A DNA stretch of 24,310 nt from Terrimicrobiaceae bacterium. Its GTDB lineage: Bacteria; Verrucomicrobiota; Verrucomicrobiia; Chthoniobacterales; Terrimicrobiaceae. Where the stretch lies: positions 1 to 24,310 of the forward strand of contig JBGSVZ010000073.1 of the NCBI GenBank assembly GCA_041752695.1. Direction: 5' to 3'. The notes beneath the pieces were generated by a model. That model did not search any database, had not been told where the DNA came from, and worked only from the letters and a program-made list of their open reading frames with translations. Of the stretch, positions 1 through 9,100 are shown one piece after another. The translations under genes and the position numbers were made by a program. Each line of letters begins with the position of its first letter. The stretch's first letter is position 1.

Positions 1-73
1 GGAACTTTTCACGCTTCGTTTGCTTCTTTTTCCCGCGGAACTCGTTCACCGCGAAGCTCAGTTGGCTTTCCAT
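1..73 (-). CDS. IS5-family transposase, N-terminal 24 codons (partial)
   Basis: ATG at 73 after AGAGGGA. Translates MESQLSFAVNEFRGKKKQTKREKF, matching the IS5 transposase N-terminal pattern QxxFAxxEFxxKxKQTRxExFL. Too short to appear in the ORF track. Confidence 0.88.
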   Translation of the reverse strand, partial: MESQLSFAVNEFRGKKKQTKREKF

Positions 74-136
74 TCCCTCTTTTGCCTTTTTCCCTCTCCT
101 TTGGCAATCCCGACTGCCGATTAAATCAGCGTTTCC
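1..136 (-). mobile_element. IS5-family (IS5 subgroup) insertion sequence, left end; runs off the window
   Basis: The minus strand reads CTAA|GGAAACGCTGATTTAATC... This is an IS5-type terminal IR starting with GG, preceded by a YTAR target (CTAA, 137-140). A transposase start follows at 73. Confidence 0.85.
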
Positions 137-3100
137 TTAGAGATGCGTTGTTACCATATGGCCTTAGATACAACCCATCAACTGCGGAGCTAGGCGCGTC
201 GAACTGTTTCTTCGTTAGGAAGTTTCCTGTGCTCGTTGCTCGATCCGTGTAGCGCAAAAAATCTTCCCCCTTCTCCACAATTCTCGCAGTCAATGGTCCG
301 TCGAACGAGTCAATGTAGTCCCTCGCCTTATCTGGACTAAAACCGTTTTTAGTCAGAAGACGATAAGCGCTGTCAGCGGATATTTCTCCTGATCGAGCCA
401 ACCCCTTCCTCCCAGAATCCGCTAAGTCTATTACATCGTCACCATATTTACCAACATATTTTGCACCACGGGCAGCATCTCCGATAAATGGAATGGCGAA
501 GCCAAGCGACCAAGCTGCATTCCCAAAATCTCCCTGAAGCGCATAAAAAGCAGCGTCCAGTAGGTCAGGAATGACCCCAAAAACAGGAATCATTCCAGCC
601 AACCCGAGAACTTCATGGACCGCCCTTAATCCTTCAGGATCAGTGAATGCCAACGGATTGCTCCCTGCATAAGCGTAGAAATTATCTCCGTCCCGAATTG
701 GATCTTTCGACAGGTAGCGACCGTTCTCGGGATCGTAGTAGCGGTTTTGGTTATAATGCAGGCCCGTTTCGGCATCAAAATACTGGCCGGGGAAACGGAA
801 GTTATTTTCAACGGTATTGACACTGACATTCGCCTTCCCGAAATCGTCGTAAACTGCCTTCCACACCACGTTTCCACCCGCGTCGGTGAGCAACAACGGC
901 GTTCCAATCTGGTCACTGTGGTAAAAATACAACCCTCCGGAAGATTTTACGTAGGCAGGTGCCGCACCACCACCCGCGACTGGTGAATACCCGTATTCCC
1001 GAATGAGACCACCTCCCGCGTTATACTCTGCGCAGAGTCCCAGCGCTGAATAAGCGTAGTAAGTGGTGACGCCATTGATCGTCTTCGACAAGCGACGCCC
1101 GTTCGGAGCATAGTAGTAGCTGATGTCATCCGATCCCTTGGTCACCTGAACCAATCGTCCTTCTTCATCATAGCTGTAGTTCCATGAGCCCAAAGGAGTG
1201 GTCTTGGTCGTCAACGCTCCGTTGTTGTCGTAAACGTAGCTGTTCCTCCCATCATCAAGCAGCCTGTCATCGTCATCATACTGCCAGATGCCCGCACCCG
1301 CTGCGGAATCGGTTAGCCGGTTGCTGTTGCTGTCGTAAGTGTAGCTTGAAGAGATGCCTTGCGTCAGCCGGCGTGCCGCATCGTATGCCAACGTTCTTGC
1401 GCCCGAGCCGTCATTGCGAGTGGTGACATTTCCCAAGGGACTGTATCCCAGATTCAAATCCAGCAATCCATTGTCCCGGGAATCGGCGGACTGAATTCTG
1501 GTCGGCCTGAAGTAGGCGTCTCTGGTAAAGTTCTGGGTGGTTCCACCAGGCAAAGTCATTTTGGTCACTGCATTGACCAGATAGCCATTGACGCTAAACT
1601 CTCCCACTCCCGCCACACTCATTCCTAGTGGCCGATTCGCAGCATCGTAAGCGTATCTGCTCACCGTGCCTGCGGGAGACGTGTAGGAAGCCAGAGTCCC
1701 ATTGGCATTGTATTCGTAGGAGTTCGTGGTGGAAAATGCCCCGTATTCGACCGTCTCAGAGGTCATCCTCCCGGCACCATCGTAAACATACGTTGCAGTG
1801 GTCACCCCATCGGAGTAACCGGTGACGCGCCCGTCATCATCGTGGGTGTAGCTGACCGACTTATGAGGAGTTGCCGCTCCGACAGCGAATTGTTTTACGG
1901 TCAGAACCCGGTGCTGGCTGTCGAAAGTCCGTTTGACCTCGGAACCATCGGGACGGGTGATCGTCACAAGGTTGCCGACCTCATCATATTCAAATCCGGT
2001 GATCTTGCCGAGTGGCGTCTCTTCCTCCTTCAACTGACCAGCCGCATCATAGCGATAGCGCCAGATCTTCCCGTTCGGGTTCGTGAAGGAAATCACATTG
2101 TCCTGAACATCGTAGGCCAGATAAGATGTGCCGGAGCCTTCACGCGTGATCGAAGTCGTTCGATCCAGTTCATCCCGTTCATAGACCGTGCTCCGGCCTT
2201 CGCCGTCCACCATGGACAACAAGGCTCCCGTGGGGGAGTAGGTGTTTCGGGTGGTGACCGTTTGCCCGCCCGGCAAGGTATCCACGGATTCCGTGACCTG
2301 CTTGCGCTCGTTGTATTGGATGCTGCGCGTGAATGTCGGGAAGGTGATGCTGACGGGAACACCTTCGGCCTTTGCGGGATCGTAGTGGTAAATCGTCTCA
2401 TTTCCGACGGCGTCTCGCACGACTGAAGTCCTGCCCAGTGAGTCATACTCGTAGAAAATCGATTTCCCCGAGGCATCGATGGATTTCGCGAGCCGGCCAT
2501 CGGCGTCATATTCGTTGCGGTTAACGTTCCCTCCCGAATCGGTCGTCTTAACCAGACTGTTGTTGATGTCGTAATCCAGCGTGACCTTCCGCAAGGAGGG
2601 TGCGGTGATGCCGGTGACGTTATTGAACGCATCAAACTCAAACTGTGTGACCTTGTTCTCAGGATCGGTGGTTGTCTCGACACGATGGCGCTTGTCGTAA
2701 GAGAACGCCCACTCGTCATTACGGGCATCTCGCTGAGTCAGCACATCCCCGGAAGTACTGCGGGTCAAAATCTGGTGCTCATCCCCCAGCGGATTGATGA
2801 GTTTTTTCAGCTCTCCCGCCGTGTCGTATTCAAAGCGTGTGATTTTGTCAGGCGTCTGCGCATCTCCCTTCCAAGTGATCGATAGCGGGCGGTCCTGGGC
2901 ATCATAGGTCCGCTTAACATGATGCTCCACAGGAGTTCCCGCCGCGACGATCTCTTCCGATAGATTCTTTCTCAGATCATCGTATGAATAAGTCGCCTCA
3001 ACGAGATTCTCGTCGATTGAACTCACCAACAAATGAGTGTCCTGATCATATTCATTCTCCCGGGAGGATCCATCCGGATTGATCACCGTCTCTAGCTGTC

Positions 3101-6100
3101 CCAATGCGTTGTAGTCCTCCGTCCAGGTATTCTCACTACCATCGGTAATTTCGAGCGTTTGAGCCCTCCAGATCGCCGCCGGATACGGAATTGTGACAGT
3201 AATGAAAACCGTGACCCTCGATCTCCCGTTGAAGTAACTCCCGCTGAAAGAGAACGTGTAGAACTCTTCGCTCTCCACCGTGGTCTCATTGACGATCTTG
3301 TTGACTCGTTTAACGAGATTGCCATTTCGCTTCCATTCCCTGAGCGCCCCATCCTCGTAAAACCACTTTTCATCCACGACCCCGTCGGTGGATCTAGTCA
3401 TTCCATATCGATCACCCGAATCGGAATTGAAGCCGAACTCGAAGTAGCTTCCACGTCCATCCTGATCGAGGACGGACATCACTTCCGCGTCCACTGATGC
3501 TCCGGCCGCAAGCGCCGACGCATCGAACGAATTGGTCCGATAAGCGATCGAATGTGACTTCCCGGTGGAATCAGTGATTTTCACCAGCCGCTTATAGGTG
3601 TCGTATTCGTATCTTGTCTCCGCTTCATCGGGTCCGACAACCTTAGTGAGCCAGCCGGCAGTGTAGGTGTATTCTACCCGGTTCTGTTCACGGTCCTCCA
3701 CAGCCGACAGCAAGTCACCCTGCCACTCGTAGCGAAGCAGTATGGCCGCGCCCTGTCTCACCTGTGTGCGACGCCCGGAGCTGTCGTAATCGGCCGTATA
3801 GTAGGTCACCCCGTTGCGTCCTTCCGCACGAATATTCCCGTTCTCGTCAAACGTGATCCACCGGTTATCAAGGAATGTCAGCTTTGCGTGCTGTATTGGA
3901 TCATCATAGTTGATCTCTACTGCCGTGGTCCCACTACGGAATTTCTTGCGATGGTGGTCAGCCTGGAAAAACCGGAAATCCTGCCACTCCACTTCAAGGT
4001 AGGTTTCATCGTTCGTCTGTTCATCCGTCACAAACTTCATCTTTGGGAAGAACAGCCATTCTCCCTCCCTCGCCTGCCTGCCAACATCCACTGAGACTCC
4101 ACTATGCCCAGGCACTCGCACGGACATATCCACGATGTCGTCCTCGAATTGCCGGTTCATCGTATTCACTGAGCAACCAACATCCGTGAGGAACTCTCTG
4201 GGCACACCAAACGTGAACAATGGCGAGCCATATTTAAGCACGGGGTAGCAGAGAGGGTCGGGCTGAGGCTGGGGCGTGTATTCTGGACGGCCCTCTTCTC
4301 CGCCTCCCGTCTCTCGGGGTGGGGTTGGGAATTGCCCCCAAAATTCTCCCAAAGCAGCTCCAATTGGTATCAACCAATTGTAGTTGGCACCAACTGAGCC
4401 AGTTGAAGAACCGCCGCCCGAATTCGAAGTCCAGTCCACCGCCTCTCCGGGGTCATCGCTGCAATCTCCATACGACCCAAAGAAGGGCAGCAGAACCGTG
4501 GCGTCGAACTCCAGACCATTAAAGCAAATGAATGAAAAGGTGACTGGCACCAACTGGAAAGTATCCACACACTCTCCAACTTCGTCTGCACTTGGATCGA
4601 CAGGGGAGGCAGAGTCAGCAGATGAACGGGAGAATGAAGCTTCCGCTATAGGCGATGGGGCCACGGCTTGGGTCCGGGAAGTCTTTCCAAAGTCTTTGAG
4701 CGCCGTAACCCGATAGGCGACTGTCACCGACTCTCCTGCTCCAAGGCTGCTCGGTATCCCGGACAAGAATTCATAGCGAAAGGTCGAATCGCTGTTAGGC
4801 ACCCCAATATTCAAATTGTCTGCACGAATCAGACCGTGATTTGTGGCTGTGAACGAACCCGTGAGCACCTCCCCCTTTGCCATCCGCGGCAAATTGATCA
4901 CCGGCGGATCAAGAACCACGACTGGAGCAGGAACGTTCGTCTCGAAAGTGGTGTTCAACACCAAACTGTAATGATCCTTGATCGTGATCGGAACGACCTC
5001 CCACTCGACCGTTATCGGACTGTATTGGAGGGCTACCGCCTGATCGACCGTAGTTCCGGGTCGAATCCAAAAGCGCCCGGAAGAAGTCAGGTGCTTGTCG
5101 CTATTCACCCGATAAGTGTAAGAGCCTGACGGGAGACCAGTGACTGTAACTTTCCCCTTCGAATCAGTCAAAACACTCTGCTGGATAGAAAGAACCTTCT
5201 CATTCTGGAGTTCGATTCGTGCTCCGTTGACCCCCTCCACAAGATCCCCCTCGCTGTTGACCGTTCCCGAGAAGGCATCCCGAACCTTGAACGCGACGCC
5301 ACCCTCTCCAGACTCCGTAACGGCTGCATGGACGCTGACATCGAAATCCGCTCCATTCTCGGATTGACCGCGCAAGATGAAAAAATAATCGCCTGGCGCA
5401 ACGGTCGAATTAGGCTGAAGAAGCACATCGACCGACATTTCGCCACCGACAATCAGATCCGGGGCACCGCCTGAGGTGACGGAGGCCCATTGCGGTGCAT
5501 CCGAACCATCCAAGTTCAGGAGTTTGAAGTTGAGAGTCTTGGCCGTCGCGAGACCAACATTTCGAACCAGCACCGATTCAGTCACGCTTGATGCCGGATT
5601 GACACCGGTATTCACGAATCCCGGGGAAGCCGTTAGGCTTGGACTCCCGGCACCAAACTCATAATCGATCTTGATTTTTTGCCAGCCATTGGCGCCGCTT
5701 TCGTCACTCACTACCCGCAAGACGATACTTCCGGTGGATGTCGGCGACTCTACAGCCGTAATCTTTGCCGAAAGCGGTGCCGATGCTTTCGGTCCGAGTA
5801 CATCAGCCGACAGAATCGGCTCGACCGTGATTCCTACAGGAAAAACTCCATCAGCCTGATCTTCAGCAAGATAGACAAGACGAACGTGGTTGAGCGAAAG
5901 TCCCTCGCTCGTTGTTGCGGTCACGGTAATCGTCTGCGCCTGATTCCAAGCAGAGCGGAGATTTCCAGAATTCGGGGATACCAAGAGCTTTTGAATTACG
6001 AAACTCGCCTGTGAGTTCCGGTTAGATGTATTTGGGTGGACAGCTCTTGCATAATAGGTCCCTCCGGCTTCGGCTTCAAAGGGCCGGAAAGTATATGAGA

Positions 6101-9100
6101 AAGCTCCATTTGCGTCAGTAATGACATCGAATGCCCGATCAAACCCATCCTTCACAAGATGAAGAATCAAACGAGCATCCGGCTTTGCTTCCCCGCTTTC
6201 TCTGGCGACAGCACGGCCCGAAATCACCACGTCTTGGTTTCCGTTGGAGACCGCGGGGCTGATCGAGGTAATTTCTCCGTAATACGAAGTCAGGCCAGCC
6301 ACAACGTCCGTCCGTGCGGAGAGACCGGTGAGTACGACTTCGTCGGCCTCACCACGATGATAGAAAACCCTGTCAATATCGAGAAGCAACTGAAGGCTCG
6401 TCGAAACTCCGCTCGGGATGCTGATCTGGGTGTCAGGCGAAAAATACTCATAGCCGGCCGGTAGCCTTACCACGCTGTCGCCATTCTGCAGAGACACGAC
6501 CTCAAGCCCAGTCGTTGACTTGAATGCCTGAGTCGCGATTTCATTGCCACCCGAATCCAAAAGCGTAAACCTCACATCGGGCGATGCTTGAGCGCCGCGA
6601 CCGGTGGCGGTGATGATCTCGATGGGTTCCGCCGAAGTATTTACGAGCCTAAACTTTGCACTGCCGAATCCACCAACCTGGAAATCCCCGGGGATCAAAT
6701 CCAGTTGCAAGCCGCCATCCACGACTGCGATCTGCTCGAATCTTCGAATCAGGACTTTCTCTCCTGGATTCGGAACGATCACCAAATCCCGGGTCACCGC
6801 CGCCGAGTTAGCCGAGGAAACCGCACTGCCTGGAACTACCACTCCAACCTGTTTCGTCGCCCCGGCTAGAAGAGAGAACGAACCAGATATGAATGAATTA
6901 CCGGAAATCGTCAGACTGACGTGCGCGTTGTCAACCGGCTTGTCTGAATCATTTCTCACATCAAACAACAGCCGGTTCATTTCTCCCCGACGGATCAGAT
7001 TTCCGGACGAGGATAAGGCGCTAATCCGGGGGAGAACGATGGAGTGCCCAGGACTCTCGACACCATTCTGGTCAACGGAGACAACCGTATAAGTTCTGTC
7101 GCCTTGCGGGTTGTAGCCGGTATCAAGATACGAATTGCCTGCAACAAGCTTCCCTCCATTCAGCTTCGACTGTTGTGGCGGCACACCTTGGTAAACCCAA
7201 TAACCTGCGACTGTGCTGGAAGCACTCGTCCAGGTGATCGTCGGAAAATCCCCAACTGGATAGATCACATTCAAATCCTGGACCGGCAAAAGTGCGGCAT
7301 TCAAATACACTCTGGCCGTCGGAGTTGACTCGTTTCCGACAGAATCCAGCGTCGCAACTCGATAGTATGGATGGGACAGATCAGGCTTGGAGTCGATGGC
7401 AATCAATTTGTCGATATCGCTCCCGGCAACCTGTTGTTCCGTTCCGGCAGGATTCTCCCGGTAGACCACGAATCGATCCGTTATCAGGAGCCCATTCGGA
7501 GGCAACCAGGTTGCCTGAATTCCCCGTCCGATCAATTGCAGCTGGAGGTTCGATGGCGAATCAGGAGCAACCCGGTCTGAAATCGCGTTTGCTGTATTGC
7601 TCCGTTCACTTACCGAAGTCAGTCCCTGATCGCTTCTGACCGCGCCCACTGCATATTCATAAGCACCGTCGGTTTCGGGAAGATCGAGGTATGACAAAGC
7701 ACCTCCACTGGTGCCGACAACGGCGAATTGAGGCCCCGAAGCGCTTTTTCTGTAAATCTCGTAATCTGCCGCCCCTTCGACACTCTTCCACTCGAGCGCA
7801 ATCTTCCCCGCCGGGACGCCTTTCGCAGTCAATCCGATTGGCGAGTCTAGCCCCGGCAGATCCCCCTGATAGATCTCAAAATCATGCTCCGGCACAATCA
7901 CCCCGCCAGCATTATCCAGATCGTCACTGGCGCTAAAAAGCAGATGGAGTTTTTCGGTTGTTTGCCCGGCAGTGGCGGGAAGGGCAAAGCTGCCGGTCCA
8001 AACCATGGGATCTTCCGCATCCACTGTGAATCCGGAAATGCTCACCGGCGTCAGAGCGGTGTTGGACAATGTGTAGGAAAACTGTGGAACCGTTCCTTCC
8101 TTCAACTTTGAATCCATTGTCGCCCGAATCGTGACGACTGCAGGAGCGTTCGGATCGTTTTTGATGGAAGCGCCCGGAAGCACCTCCAGCGCAATCACGT
8201 TGGGCGGTGCGGTATCTATGGTAATCGAGGTTCCGCTGATGATCTCCGATCCGCGATTGCCAGCCAAATCGCGCATCGCGACCGTCGCAACGGCAACGCC
8301 AGTAGGAGTTCCAGCAGCAATTTGAAAACTTCCCAGATAGTTAACCGAATCGAACTTTTCTAATGAGACGACCAACGGATTCCCTCCCGCAGGAGTGACC
8401 GAAAAGAACGGACTCGCCTGAACCGGCTCACTAAGTTCCAAATACACCTGAACCGATCCGACACCAAAACGTCCACTCACCGGATCAAACTTCCCGCTGC
8501 TAGAGTATCGGGCATCGAGAACCTTGGGACTACTCGTATCGCGAACGGCCGAAACGACATTTGACAACGCGCCTTCCACACCTGCGACATTCACAGTGCT
8601 GACGGCATAATAGTAGCGGTCGTCTGCGGCAGGCGTATCGTCGTAGAGTGTTTCTTTGAAAATTTCGCCAGTCAATCGCGTAGCGCCAGCTTGTGACTCA
8701 AAGGGTGACGTGGCACGATAGACGTAGTAGCCCGAAACGCTTCCCGAAGGCCTACTCCAACCCAACCTAATGACACCTCCGCTTTGCGGGGTAGCTGTCA
8801 AACGTAGCGGGACGCCAGGTGTGGAACTGTCCAATGTAACCGAAATGCCGACCCGATCGCTTTCGCCTCCGCGATTGCGGTTCGCAACCTCAAGGGTATT
8901 AATACCCTCTCGCAACGACAGCGTCCGACTGAAACTCCCGTCCGGACGAGTGGTCACCAAATAGGGTTCGATTCTGCCAGTTTGGTAAACTGCTAAGATC
9001 GAATTTCCCAACCCAGTCCCCAAAAGCGTAACGTTAGATTGTCTAGTCACCAATCCGTTGACCGGGCTGGTGATTTCAGGTGGCGGCGGGCGTGCCAGAA

